Of a stretch of DNA of 32,000 nucleotides, positions 8,538 to 17,761 are shown in pieces. This DNA is from an uncultured Chloroflexia bacterium (GTDB taxonomy: Bacteria > Chloroflexota > Ktedonobacteria > Ktedonobacterales > JADMIN01): positions 810,001 through 842,000 of the forward strand of contig CAVRAI010000004.1 of the NCBI GenBank assembly GCA_963718915.1. The letters run 5' to 3'. Position 1 is the first letter of the stretch. Every line of letters begins with the position of its first letter. The notes under the pieces are model-generated. The model saw only the letters and a program-made list of their open reading frames with translations, searched no databases and had not been told where the DNA came from. The position numbers and the translations under genes are program-made.

Positions 8538-10244
8538 GTGACTGCTGAACCACAGGATAATGCATCACCAATTGCCACCGTTGCAGAGGATACTGCGTCA
8601 GACATGGAAACCGTACGTCCTCATATTCTGGTTGCCGACCCGATTGCCAGCGAAGGGATGAAGCTGCTGCACAGCTTTGCCGCAGTTGACGAACGGCACG
8701 GATTGAGCGCCACCGAGTTGACTGCGGCGATTCCCGCATACGACGCGCTAGTGGTACGTAGCGAAACCCGAGTCACCGCCGAGGTGATCGCTGCGGGCTC
8801 GCGCCTGCGCGTCATTGCGCGTGCGGGAGTCGGTGTAGATAACATCGACGTCGATGCGGCCACACGGCATGGCATCATCGTCATCAACTCGCCCACTGGC
8901 AATATCGCCGCCGCCGCCGAACACACCGTTGCCCTGCTGCTCGCGCTTGCCCGGCATATCCCTGCCGCCAGCGCGTCATTGCGCGAGGGCCGCTGGGAGC
9001 GCTCGCGTTTCGTCGGCACTGAGGTGCGCGGCAAGACGCTGGGTATTGTTGGGCTGGGCAAGGTTGGCGCGGAGGTGGCTCGACGCGCGGGCGAGAGTGG
9101 CCTGGGGATGCGCTTGCTCGCCTCTGATCCGTACGCCTCGCCAGAGACAGCGCGCAAACTCAACGCCGAACTGGTATCGCTCGAAGAGGTACTGGCGCAG
9201 GCTGACTTCGTCACCATCCATACGGCGCTGACCGGAGGTACACGCGGCCTGATCGGCTCCGCTGAACTGGCGCTGATGAAGCCGACGGCGCGTATCATCA
9301 ACTGCGCGCGTGGTGGCATCGTCGATGAAGAGGCGTTGCTGGTGGCCCTGGAATCGGGCGTGCTGGCTGGCGCCGCGCTGGATGTCTATAGCAAAGAGCC
9401 ACCTGGAGATAACGCGACGCTTCACGCGCTGATCGAGCATCCGCATGTGGTCGCTACGCCACATCTGGGCGCGTCCACTGAGGAGGCGCAGATTAGCGTC
9501 GCCGTGGATGTGGTGGAACAGGTCGAGGAGATTTTGCGGGGCGGGGCCGCGCGCGCCGCAGTCAATGCGCCAATGATCCTGCCTGAGACCATGCGCCAAT
9601 TGCAGCCGTGGGTGAAGCTGGTCGAAAAGCTTGGTCGGCTGTATACCCAGCTGCATCCTGGCCCACTGCGCCGCGCCGAACTGAGCGTCAGCGGTGAGAT
9701 CGCCAGCTACGATACCCGCCCGCTCTCCGCCGCGCTGGTGAAGGGGCTGCTCGAATCCGTATCTGAGGCCCACGTCAATCTGGTCAACGCGCCGGTCGTG
9801 GCGCGCGATTGGGGGCTGGAAATCGTCGAAAGCCGCTCGACGGCGGCGGAGCAGTATTCCAATCTGGTGACAATTCGTGTGGCGGCGGATGGCCCTGAGA
9901 CGCCCTCCAGCGTGCTCTCGGCGACGATTGCGTGGGGTGAGGAGCGTGTGGTGCGGGTGGATCGCTACGCCACCGATTTCGTGCCTAACGGACATATCCT
10001 CATCGCACGCAATCTTGACCGCCCCGGCATGGTTGGCCGCGTGGGGACGATACTGGGTGAGGCAGGCGTCAATATCTCACACATGGATGTTGGCCCGGTG
10101 GCTAGCATAGCCGGTGGGCGCATGCGCCAGGCTGGTGGCGAGGCGCTGATGATTCTCGCGCTGGATGGACCCGTACCCGATGAGGCGCTGGAGCATATCG
10201 ACGAGGCCGACGGGATCTTCGACATCACCAGCGTCGTGTTGTAG
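8538..10244 (+). CDS. serA: D-3-phosphoglycerate dehydrogenase (long form with ASB and ACT domains)
   Basis: GxGxxG NAD fold (GIVGLGKVGAEVA), catalytic region NCARGGIVDE...ATPHLGAST, and a C-terminal ACT-like segment. GTG start preceded by GAGGAG. Confidence 0.95.
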   Translation: MTAEPQDNASPIATVAEDTASDMETVRPHILVADPIASEGMKLLHSFAAVDERHGLSATELTAAIPAYDALVVRSETRVTAEVIAAGSRLRVIARAGVGVDNIDVDAATRHGIIVINSPTGNIAAAAEHTVALLLALARHIPAASASLREGRWERSRFVGTEVRGKTLGIVGLGKVGAEVARRAGESGLGMRLLASDPYASPETARKLNAELVSLEEVLAQADFVTIHTALTGGTRGLIGSAELALMKPTARIINCARGGIVDEEALLVALESGVLAGAALDVYSKEPPGDNATLHALIEHPHVVATPHLGASTEEAQISVAVDVVEQVEEILRGGAARAAVNAPMILPETMRQLQPWVKLVEKLGRLYTQLHPGPLRRAELSVSGEIASYDTRPLSAALVKGLLESVSEAHVNLVNAPVVARDWGLEIVESRSTAAEQYSNLVTIRVAADGPETPSSVLSATIAWGEERVVRVDRYATDFVPNGHILIARNLDRPGMVGRVGTILGEAGVNISHMDVGPVASIAGGRMRQAGGEALMILALDGPVPDEALEHIDEADGIFDITSVVL

Positions 10245-10270
10245 GTTTTCTTTCCCCTTGCCTGTAAACA

Positions 10271-10311
10271 GGCTCCCCTCTCCTGGTGGGAGAGGGGATG
10301 GAGGTAAGGTC
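10271..10311 (+). repeat. family-1 hairpin repeat (forward orientation)
   Basis: ggctCCCCTCTCCtggtgGGAGAGGGGatggaggtaaggtc, between the convergent stops of serA (10244) and the yvcK-like gene (10310). Confidence 0.85.
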
Positions 10312-11452
10312 AGAGTGCCATCGAGGGAGGGGCGAAGATCGCGCGCACCAGTCGGCGGGCATCGTGGCGTACTAGCGTTTCACTGTGCACAGCCATCACT
10401 GGTTCCACGATCACCTCAGGCACGAGCTTGCGCACCTCAGATAAATCGGCTTCGACAGGGAACTGCTGTTTGACGGCGTAGGCGGCCAGCAGGTCGTCGG
10501 GGAACGATCCATCGTGCAGAATCACCCGGTCGAGCCGACGGTCGAGGTAGTTCTGAATCTCACGCACGAAATCGGAGGCGCGGAAGCCATCGGTCTCGCC
10601 ATGCTTGGTCATGAGGTTGCAGACATAGACCACTTCCGCCTCAGCCGCGCGAATCGCCTCGGCAACGCCATTCACCAGCAGATTGGGCACAATGCTGGTA
10701 TAGAGATCGCCGGGGCCAAGCACGATCATATCCGCCCGGCGGATGACGTGAATCGCTTCCTCGCAAGGCTCGGCTGGTTCTTCCAGATAGACGCGCCGGA
10801 TCGCCGGGAGATCGCCGGAGACTTTTTCGCCACGGGTGTCGATATCAGTCTCGCCACAGAGCGTTGTGTTATCTTCCAGGTCCGCGCAGAGCGTCGCGTG
10901 ATCGAGCGTAACCGGCAGCACATCGCCAGCCGTACCCAGCAGACGTTGCGCATCGCGGATGGCCCAGAGCAGGTTGCCCCCGTTGATCTCCTGCAATGCC
11001 GAGATGATCAGATTGCCAAGACTGTGGCCAGTGACTCCCGCAGCCTCCGCTACCCGTTGTAGCTTGCCAAAGTCATCCTCAGCGCTACGCAGCGTCCCCG
11101 GATAGCCCTCCGGTTCGGGCGCGCGCTCTCCAGCCCTAAAATTGCCATGGCCGGGCTGAAATCGGAAGGTGAAGACATCGCGCCAAAGCGCGCCATTCCG
11201 CGAGAGCGCGACGAGCGCCTGGCGCAGATCGCCGAACGGGAGCTGTCCGAACTCGTCCATCAGTCGCCGGGAACTGCCGCCACTGTCGGACATGGTGACG
11301 ATAGCGGTAATCCCACACTGGTAGCGTTTGAGACTGGAGAGTACCGCGAATGGGCCTGTTCCACCACCGATGGTAACCACCTGCTTGTTGAACAGGTGGG
11401 TGCGCATGTGGGACTCGCGCTGTGACTCCTCGTCATCCTGATCGTGTTCCAT
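10310..11452 (-). CDS. YvcK/CofD-family gluconeogenesis factor-like protein
   Basis: VVTIGGGTGPFAVLSSLKR, ITAIVTMSDSGGSSRRL, GHSLGNL and VLGPGDLYTSIVPNLLV motifs. The ATG at 11452 follows GGGGAGA. The track ORF starts at 11491. Confidence 0.85.
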   Translation of the reverse strand: MEHDQDDEESQRESHMRTHLFNKQVVTIGGGTGPFAVLSSLKRYQCGITAIVTMSDSGGSSRRLMDEFGQLPFGDLRQALVALSRNGALWRDVFTFRFQPGHGNFRAGERAPEPEGYPGTLRSAEDDFGKLQRVAEAAGVTGHSLGNLIISALQEINGGNLLWAIRDAQRLLGTAGDVLPVTLDHATLCADLEDNTTLCGETDIDTRGEKVSGDLPAIRRVYLEEPAEPCEEAIHVIRRADMIVLGPGDLYTSIVPNLLVNGVAEAIRAAEAEVVYVCNLMTKHGETDGFRASDFVREIQNYLDRRLDRVILHDGSFPDDLLAAYAVKQQFPVEADLSEVRKLVPEVIVEPVMAVHSETLVRHDARRLVRAIFAPPSMAL

Positions 11453-11561
11453 CCAGCATCTCCCCTGGAATATCTGAAGCACTGCACTCATGAGGACAGG
11501 CGTGGCGTTTCAAAGTCTCCCGTCTCTCCTCATGACCCAATGATTGCCGCGTGTCTCCTCG

Positions 11562-14168
11562 TTATGCGCGTAACTCGGCGCCAAACGTAGCGCCCAGCGC
11601 CTTCACGATCTCCGCGTGCGCACGCTCGATCTCCTGATCGGTGAGCGTTCGCTCCGGCGATTGGTAGGTGAGCGCATACGCCAGATTTTTTTTGCCCTCT
11701 GGAATGCCTTTCCCAGTATACACGTCGAATAGGACGGCGCCACGTAACAAATCGCTACCAACCGCTCTGATGGTATCGAGCACGAGCGCGGCGGGCACGC
11801 TGGCGTCGATTACAATCGCCAGGTCGCGCTGGGCTGCCGGATAGCGTGGAACCGCCTGGCTGAAAACCGCCTCGGGCACAGCCAGATAGAGCCGTTCCAG
11901 GTCCAGTTCCATCAGGCAGGTGCGCGCCGTCAGGTCGAACCGTTCCGCGACCTCTGGATGTACCTCGCCCAGGACGGCGGCGGATACCCATACCAGAGTG
12001 TCACGCGCTGCGGGCAGTGATAGCCCGTCTGTCGCCCCGGTCGCCTCTTCTGCCTGCTCAGGCTTTGCGCCAGGGACGCCGACTTCGAGGATGGCGCAGC
12101 GGCCTGGGTGGAAGGTGGGATGAGCGCCGGGCACGAAACGATAGTTCGCCACCTTCAGGGTTGCCAGGAGTAGCTCGGCGATTCCCTTGATCGCGAAGAA
12201 ATCCGCTATCCGTACGTCGCCTGCCCATGCCGTCGCCATGGGGCCAGCGGCGCCGACGCCGAGCGTGTGGCGCTCCTGCGGCAGCCCAGAGCCGTCGCGC
12301 AGCGCCTCGGTGGGCAGATATCGCCGACCCAGCTCGAAGAACCACAGGCCCACACTCTCGTGCTTGCTGTTCTCTGCAATCGTTTCGAGCAGACTGGCCA
12401 TCAGCGTCAGCCGTAGCGCCTCGACCTCAGCGCTTGCCGGATTGACCAGGGTAATGGCGGGTAGCCGTTCGGCCAGCGCGGCTAGCTGGCGCCGCTCGGT
12501 CTTGCGGGCATCGGTGCTATTTGTCGCAGGAGCCGGCAACTCTTGAATAGCCATCGGCGCGCCCAGAAGCTGCTCTTCACCCGCCGATGCGCCGCGCAGC
12601 AGGTGCGCCATGCGTTCACGGCTGGTGAGCGGATAACTGACGATCTCGGTCAGCCCCGCGCCCACCAGCGCGTTACGGAGCATATCGGCGCGTTCATACC
12701 ATGTGTCGTGGTGTGGTGTTGGGAGTGGCCCAGAGGGAATTGTGCCGGGAATGCGGTCGAACCCGACGATGCGGGCGACCTCCTCGACAATGTCGGCGCT
12801 TTCCTCCACGTCGTGTCGCCGTGTTGGTACGGTGACGTGAATTGTAACATTGCTGGCGTCTTCCTTACTCTCGGCAACGCCGAATCCGAGGGCGCGCAGC
12901 ACGTCTTCCACCTCGCTGGGCGTCACCTGCATGCCGGTCAGCCACTCGACCTGGCTCACCGCGAACTCAATCTCATGCTCCTCAGCGGGTTTTGGGTAGA
13001 AGTCCACCCGTCCCGGCGCGACGCTGCCGCCCGCCAGTTCGGTGAGCAGCCGCGCCGCCCGATCAATCGCGATGGCGGTCAGGTTGATGTCGGGATTCTT
13101 CTCGAAGCGTCCCGAGGATTCGGTGCGCAAGCCGAGCGCCTGACTGGTGCGGCGGATGTTGCCTGGGGCGAAGTGCGCCGCCTCCAGCAGGATGTTCGCC
13201 GTCTCATCCGAGACCTCGACGCGCGATCCGCCGAAGATGCCCGCGATCACCGTTGGCCCGGCGGGATCGGTAATTAGCAGCATCTCGTTGGTCAGGGTAC
13301 GGGTCACATCATCAAGTGTCGTGAGCTGCTCGGCGGGTGTCGCGCGGCGCACGATGATCGTGTGGTCGGTGACCTTGTCGTAGTCGAAGGCGTGTAGTGG
13401 CTGGCCAAGCTCCAGCATGACGTAGTTGGTGATGTCCACGACGTTATTGATTGGTCGCATCCCCGCCGCCGTCAGCCGGTCGGCCATCCACTGCGGCGAG
13501 GGGCCAATCTTCACGTCACGGACGACGCGGGCGGTATAGCGTGGGCAGAGGTCGGGGTCGCGCACCTCCAGCGTCATTTGCTTTTCGGCGGCTTTCCCTT
13601 TCTCCTTCACGGCGGTCTCTGGCAGCCGCAGCCTCTCGCCAGTGAAGGCCGCTACCTCGCGCGCGACGCCTACCACACAGAAGAGGTCGCCGCGATGGGC
13701 CTTGATGTCGAGGTCGATCACCGCGTCGCCGAGCAGCTTGCCCAGCGGGATGCCGAGTGGCGTGTCTTTGGGCAGGATATAGATGCCGCCGTGGTCGTCG
13801 CTCATGCCAAGTTCGCGCGGCGAGCAGAGCATCCCCTGCGAGAGCACGCCCATCGCCATCTTCTCGGCGATGACGATATCGCCCACGCGCGCACCGATCC
13901 GCGCCAGCGGCACTTTGTCACGCAGCTTGATATTAGGCGCGCCGCAGACGACGCTGTATTCATGCCTCCCATCGGTGACACGAGTCGCGCTCAGATGGTC
14001 CGAGCCTTTGACTCGCTGTAGCCAGGTAATCTGGGCGGTGACGATTCCAGGCCATGGATACTCGACGCGATCCACCTCCAGCCCGGCCATCGTCAACCGT
14101 TCGGCCAGTTCTTCGGGGGAAAGTGTGATATCCACGTAGTCTTTGAGCCAGGTGTAGGGAACGCGCAT
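11562..14168 (-). CDS. pheT: phenylalanine--tRNA ligase beta subunit
   Basis: MRVPYTWLKDYV N-terminus, tRNA-binding, B3/4, B5 and C-terminal FDX-ACB-like regions. Size is 868 aa. RBS AGGAGA. Confidence 0.97.
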   Translation of the reverse strand: MRVPYTWLKDYVDITLSPEELAERLTMAGLEVDRVEYPWPGIVTAQITWLQRVKGSDHLSATRVTDGRHEYSVVCGAPNIKLRDKVPLARIGARVGDIVIAEKMAMGVLSQGMLCSPRELGMSDDHGGIYILPKDTPLGIPLGKLLGDAVIDLDIKAHRGDLFCVVGVAREVAAFTGERLRLPETAVKEKGKAAEKQMTLEVRDPDLCPRYTARVVRDVKIGPSPQWMADRLTAAGMRPINNVVDITNYVMLELGQPLHAFDYDKVTDHTIIVRRATPAEQLTTLDDVTRTLTNEMLLITDPAGPTVIAGIFGGSRVEVSDETANILLEAAHFAPGNIRRTSQALGLRTESSGRFEKNPDINLTAIAIDRAARLLTELAGGSVAPGRVDFYPKPAEEHEIEFAVSQVEWLTGMQVTPSEVEDVLRALGFGVAESKEDASNVTIHVTVPTRRHDVEESADIVEEVARIVGFDRIPGTIPSGPLPTPHHDTWYERADMLRNALVGAGLTEIVSYPLTSRERMAHLLRGASAGEEQLLGAPMAIQELPAPATNSTDARKTERRQLAALAERLPAITLVNPASAEVEALRLTLMASLLETIAENSKHESVGLWFFELGRRYLPTEALRDGSGLPQERHTLGVGAAGPMATAWAGDVRIADFFAIKGIAELLLATLKVANYRFVPGAHPTFHPGRCAILEVGVPGAKPEQAEEATGATDGLSLPAARDTLVWVSAAVLGEVHPEVAERFDLTARTCLMELDLERLYLAVPEAVFSQAVPRYPAAQRDLAIVIDASVPAALVLDTIRAVGSDLLRGAVLFDVYTGKGIPEGKKNLAYALTYQSPERTLTDQEIERAHAEIVKALGATFGAELRA

Positions 14169-14219
14169 ATTATCTCCTGTCGCAATTATGTCTCTAATCG
14201 CATCGTGGCCTGCTGGCTT

Positions 14220-14297
14220 GCCGGAAGCCCAAAGGCCCCGGCAAATGTTGGCTTCACACCGCGCATTTGCCCATTCGCCGTAGCGTCAACGCTACTG
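14220..14297 (+). repeat. family-2 bipartite intergenic repeat, copy B
   Basis: gccggaagcccaaaggccccggc (14220-42, identical to copy A), a spacer, then cattcg-CCGTAGCG-tcaa-CGCTACtG (14272-97). The right arm overlaps the hom stop codon. Confidence 0.8.
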
Positions 14298-15320
14298 CTT
14301 GCTTGCCGCGACAGCTACGAGGTCAGCCATCACGCCGTGGGCCGTCTGGCCTGGCCCGCCTTCGCCTTCGATGATTGTTAGATCGCCCATGGTATCGGTG
14401 CGCAGGGTCAGCCCGGCCTCCATGCCGGAGAGATGGGCCAGCAAGTCGCCCGGCGCCAGCGCCTCCAGGCGGACGCGCGCGGTGATCGTATCGCCTGCTC
14501 GCTCGGCCTCGGCTACCTGCTTGAGCGTCTGTCCGGGCAGCAGCGCCGCCTGCGCCTGACGCATTGCCTCCGCGCCCAGCCCCTCGCGCAGCACATCGGC
14601 GGGGCGCAGGTCGGCATCCAGTAGCACGTTTGCCAGCACCGTCACCTTGACGGCGGCGTCCCAGCCCTCCAGGTCGTTCGTGGGGTTGGCCTCGGCAATA
14701 CCCAGCCGTTGCGCGCCGCGCACCGCCTCTTCCAGCGTCTCGCCCTGCGCCATCCGGCTCAAGACGTAGTTGCTGGTGCTGTTGAGCAGGCCACGGAAGC
14801 CCGCGATGGTGGTCGCTGGCAGTGAGGCGGCAGCCATGTTGAAGATCGGCGTGCCATCCATCACGGTCGACTCGAAGCGCAGCGCGACGCTACGCTCCTC
14901 CGCCAGCGCCCGCAGATCGCGGTAGGCGTGCGCGATTGGCCCCTTGTTGGCCGTCACGACCGATTTTCTAGCTGAGAGCGCCCGGCGCACATGTTCGAGC
15001 GCGGGCTGGCCGGTCTGGGCGTCTAGCGTCGTCAGCTCGACCAGCACGTCGCACGGCGCCAGTCCCACAAAGGCGATACTGCCGCCGGAAAAGGGCTCGG
15101 CGCCGACAGGTAAACCGTCCCCAGGCCAGCCAGAGGCCAGGACGTCCGCCGGGCTGATGCCCTTGGGCGCCAGCCAGCCGCCTGCGCTGCGGGTCATGAT
15201 GCCAGTGACGCCCAGCGTCAGATTGTGCCGGTCGCGCAGGATGTCGGCCTTCTCGGCGAGCAAGGCAATCAGAGCGCGCCCGACGTTGCCATAGCCCAGG
15301 AGCGCGATGCGCAGATGCAT
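14292..15320 (-). CDS. hom: homoserine dehydrogenase (short form, no ACT domain)
   Basis: IALLGYGNVGRAL NAD(P) fold, VVTANKGP, ESTVMDGTPIF, LLNSTSNYVL and AQRLGIAEANPTNDLEGWDAAVK motifs. The ATG at 15320 follows AAAGGGGA, 20 nt after the pheS stop. Confidence 0.85.
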   Translation of the reverse strand: MHLRIALLGYGNVGRALIALLAEKADILRDRHNLTLGVTGIMTRSAGGWLAPKGISPADVLASGWPGDGLPVGAEPFSGGSIAFVGLAPCDVLVELTTLDAQTGQPALEHVRRALSARKSVVTANKGPIAHAYRDLRALAEERSVALRFESTVMDGTPIFNMAAASLPATTIAGFRGLLNSTSNYVLSRMAQGETLEEAVRGAQRLGIAEANPTNDLEGWDAAVKVTVLANVLLDADLRPADVLREGLGAEAMRQAQAALLPGQTLKQVAEAERAGDTITARVRLEALAPGDLLAHLSGMEAGLTLRTDTMGDLTIIEGEGGPGQTAHGVMADLVAVAASKQ

Positions 15321-15340
15321 GGTGAACACATCCCCTTTCG

Positions 15341-16381
15341 CTAGGTCAACTGGCGCAAGAAGCGCAGATCATTGCTCATGAACTGGCGAATATCGTCGAT
15401 GTCCCAGCGCAGCATGGCGATGCGCTCGATGCCCAGCCCGAAGGCGAAGCCGCGATAGACAGCTGGATCGTAGTTGACGCCGCGCAGCACCCGCGGGTCT
15501 ACCATTCCGGAGCCGCCCATCTCCAGCCATCCAGAGTATTTGCAGACGCGGCAGCCTTTGCCCTTGCAGCTCATGCAGTCCACGTCGAACTCGGCGCTCG
15601 GCTCGGTGAACGGGAAGTAGCTTGGGCGGAAGCGAATCTTGCGCTCGCCGCCGAACATCTCGCGGGCGAAGCGTTCCAGCACGCCGCGCAGGTCGGCCAT
15701 CGTGCAGGTCTCGTCAATCAGTAGGCCTTCTACCTGGTGGAAGACGGCCTCATGGCTGGCGTCAATCGCCTCGTTGCGATAGACCTTGCCCATGACGTAC
15801 GCGCGTACGGGCGGGCGCATGCTCTCCATAATGCGCACCTGATTCGGCGAGGTCTGCGTGCGCAGCAGGATTTGCCCCGGCGCGATCCAGTAGGTATCCT
15901 GCATGTCGCGCGCGGGGTGGTCCGGTGGCAGGTTGAGTGACTGGAAGTTGTAATAGTCGGTTTCGACCTCTGGCCCGTCGTATTGCTGGAAGCCCATCGC
16001 CTTCATCGTGCGGGCGATATCTCGCATCACCTGCGCGAGGGGATGCACATGCCCGACAGGCATCGCCGCGCCCGGCAGTGTCACGTCCACCCGCTCCCGT
16101 TCCAGCGCGGCGGCACGATCTCGCGCCTGCACCGCCTGGCGTCGCGCCTCCAGCTGCGCCTCCAGCTCTGTCTTGACGGCGTTGGCCGCCTGGCCGACGA
16201 TTTTGCGTTGCTCGCCGGGTAGCTTGCCCAGCCCTTTCAGCACTGCGGTCAATTCGCCGCGCTCGCGCCCAAGATAGCGTGTGCGCCAGTCTTCCAGCGC
16301 CTCGGTGGTGTCCAGATGCTCCAACTCGGCGAGCGCCCGCTCGCGCATCGCCTCAAGCTGGCGTTCCTCATCGGTCGCCAT
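15341..16381 (-). CDS. pheS: phenylalanine--tRNA ligase alpha subunit
   Basis: Class II motifs (HPARDMQDTYW, YRNEAIDASHEAVFHQVEGL, GMVDPRVL...FAFGLGIERIAML). The ATG at 16381 follows GGGAGG. The longer track ORF would run into the T-box terminator. Confidence 0.97.
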   Translation of the reverse strand: MATDEERQLEAMRERALAELEHLDTTEALEDWRTRYLGRERGELTAVLKGLGKLPGEQRKIVGQAANAVKTELEAQLEARRQAVQARDRAAALERERVDVTLPGAAMPVGHVHPLAQVMRDIARTMKAMGFQQYDGPEVETDYYNFQSLNLPPDHPARDMQDTYWIAPGQILLRTQTSPNQVRIMESMRPPVRAYVMGKVYRNEAIDASHEAVFHQVEGLLIDETCTMADLRGVLERFAREMFGGERKIRFRPSYFPFTEPSAEFDVDCMSCKGKGCRVCKYSGWLEMGGSGMVDPRVLRGVNYDPAVYRGFAFGLGIERIAMLRWDIDDIRQFMSNDLRFLRQLT

Positions 16382-16397
16382 AGTTCGCCTCCCGAAC

Positions 16398-16668
16398 AAC
16401 AAAAACGGCAGCCTCGTCTCGGGACGAAGTTGCCGTATACTCCGTGGTACCACCCACATTGAGCGTCGCGGATAGCCGCACGCTCCTCTCTGCTAGCCGC
16501 GATAACGGTGGGCTACCGGGCGGCCTACGCATCACGTCGCTAATGCGTCGTACTTCAGCCGTCTGCTCGGGAGTGAACTTCGGTCGGATTCGCGCGCGCC
16601 GTGGGCTTTCAGTCGCTGGCCCCGGCTCCCTATTCGTCGTCCCCGCCTACTCTCTCCGTCGTCGCCTG
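16398..16668 (-). promoter_or_regulatory. T-box riboswitch leader, Phe (UUC) specifier
   Basis: The minus strand reads, 5' to 3':
- GGAGAGAGUAGG (GA/AG motif)
- CUGAAAGCC distal region
- specifier context GAAG-UUC-AC-UCCCGAGCA
- F-box CCGUUA
- T-box AAUGUGGGUGGUACCACGG (16465-16447)
- terminator ACGGCAACUUCGUCCCGAGACGAGGCUGCCGUUUUUG (16436-16400). Confidence 0.85.
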
Positions 16669-16688
16669 TCTATTTGGTTGTGTTGAGC

Positions 16689-16756
16689 GCCGTAGCCTGA
16701 AAGCCACGGCTAATCCTGTTGCGTATCCATTCGCCGTAGCGTTCACGCTACGGTCT
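16689..16756 (+). repeat. family-2 bipartite intergenic repeat, copy C
   Basis: gCCGTagcctgaaagccACGGc (16689-710), a spacer, then cattcg-CCGTAGCG-ttca-CGCTACGG-tct (16728-56). It lies 18 nt downstream of the methyltransferase stop and just upstream of the T-box leader. Confidence 0.8.
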
Positions 16757-16774
16757 ACTCGCCCGCATATGACG

Positions 16775-17653
16775 CTACTCTACGTCCTGCTCACCCGCGT
16801 CGTCTGATGCTTGCGCCTTCTCAGACTCGCGCACCCGACGCTGGCGTGCTGCTTCAAAGAGTATCACACTCGCGGCCACCGCTGCATTGAGTGACTCCAC
16901 CTTGTTCCACATCGGGATGCTGACGTGGAGCTTCGAGAGCCGTGACGCCTCAGGTGATGCGCCATGCGCCTCATTACAGATCACCAGCGCGGTGCGCATC
17001 GTCAGGTCGAAGCTATCGTAGGCGCGCGTGCCCTCCGCCTCCGCTAGCAGAATCTGCCGCACAGACGGCGCGCCGTGAATCCACGTGCCAATCCCCTCCC
17101 AGTCGAGACTGGTGCGTACCGGCAGGTAGAAGTGCGCACCCGCGCCCGCCCGCACGACCTTTGGCGCCAGCGGATCAGAGCAGCCTGGCGTGAGCAGCAC
17201 CTCATCCACATCGGCGGCCAGCGCCGAGCGGAGAATTGTGCCCATGTTGCCGGGGTCGGAGATGGCGTCGAGCACCACCAGCAGCGGGCGGGCGCGTCCC
17301 CGACGGCGCGTGCGCACCTTGTCAGCGGCCATATCCGCCAGGGCGACTGAGGCCACCACCCCCTGCGGCGTGCGGGTATCGCTGGCGCGCTCGATGGCCG
17401 CGCCTGTTGCTTCGAGCGTCTCGACACCATGCGCCCGCGCCTCTTCGATGCGTCCGAGTGTGCGCCGCCCCTGTGCCGTGCGCCCCAGGGCTTCGGGATC
17501 GTAGAGGATGAGCCGCGGCAGGATGTGGGCATCGAGCGCGGCGTCCAGCAGGTGTGGCCCTTCGATGAGAAAGGCTCCGGCTGTCTCGCGCCCTTTGAGC
17601 GTATGCAGTGCGTGTAACTCCTGCACGTGTCGGTTGGATGGGCTGCTAATCAT
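16775..17653 (-). CDS. TrmH/SpoU-family RNA 2'-O-methyltransferase
   Basis: LVVLDAISDPGNMGTILRSA, ICNEAHG and IPMWNKVESLNAAVAASVILFE (SPOUT knot motifs). The likely start is the ATG at 17653 (MISSPSNRHVQEL). Confidence 0.85.
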   Translation of the reverse strand: MISSPSNRHVQELHALHTLKGRETAGAFLIEGPHLLDAALDAHILPRLILYDPEALGRTAQGRRTLGRIEEARAHGVETLEATGAAIERASDTRTPQGVVASVALADMAADKVRTRRRGRARPLLVVLDAISDPGNMGTILRSALAADVDEVLLTPGCSDPLAPKVVRAGAGAHFYLPVRTSLDWEGIGTWIHGAPSVRQILLAEAEGTRAYDSFDLTMRTALVICNEAHGASPEASRLSKLHVSIPMWNKVESLNAAVAASVILFEAARQRRVRESEKAQASDDAGEQDVE

Positions 17654-17702
17654 TGCCTCTGTCTCGCGTTTGAAGAATAACTCTACGTAACCGTTCAACA
17701 CG

Positions 17703-17741
17703 AAAAGGCGCCTCACGGACTTTTATCGTCGCGCGGCGCCT
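17703..17741 (-). terminator. possible weak terminator/attenuator between rplT and the methyltransferase gene
   Basis: The minus strand reads aGGCGCC, a 22-nt loop, then GGCGCCt followed by TTTTCGTGTT. The stem is short and the loop large, so this is tentative. Confidence 0.25.
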
Positions 17742-17761
17742 GGTATCGTGAAGAATCGGGT

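Noticed and set aside
8976-9995. 339-aa minus-strand ORF inside serA. Similar long antisense ORFs occur at 8621..9319, 12543..13277, 19504..20241, 20287..20922, 22844..23443, 27936..28580 and 31330..31953.
   Set aside because: All lie opposite genes with clear family motifs and have arginine-rich low-information translations. They are stop-codon-poor antisense frames expected at this GC content.
16382-16459. N-terminal extension of pheS in the track ORF. Similar extensions occur at 15..77, 7180..7221, 17654..17716, 18134..18178, 19378..19488, 24284..24442 and 24567..24743.
   Set aside because: The extensions overlap a T-box terminator, promoters or repeat elements. Internal ATG/GTG codons with good Shine-Dalgarno sequences give canonical N-termini.
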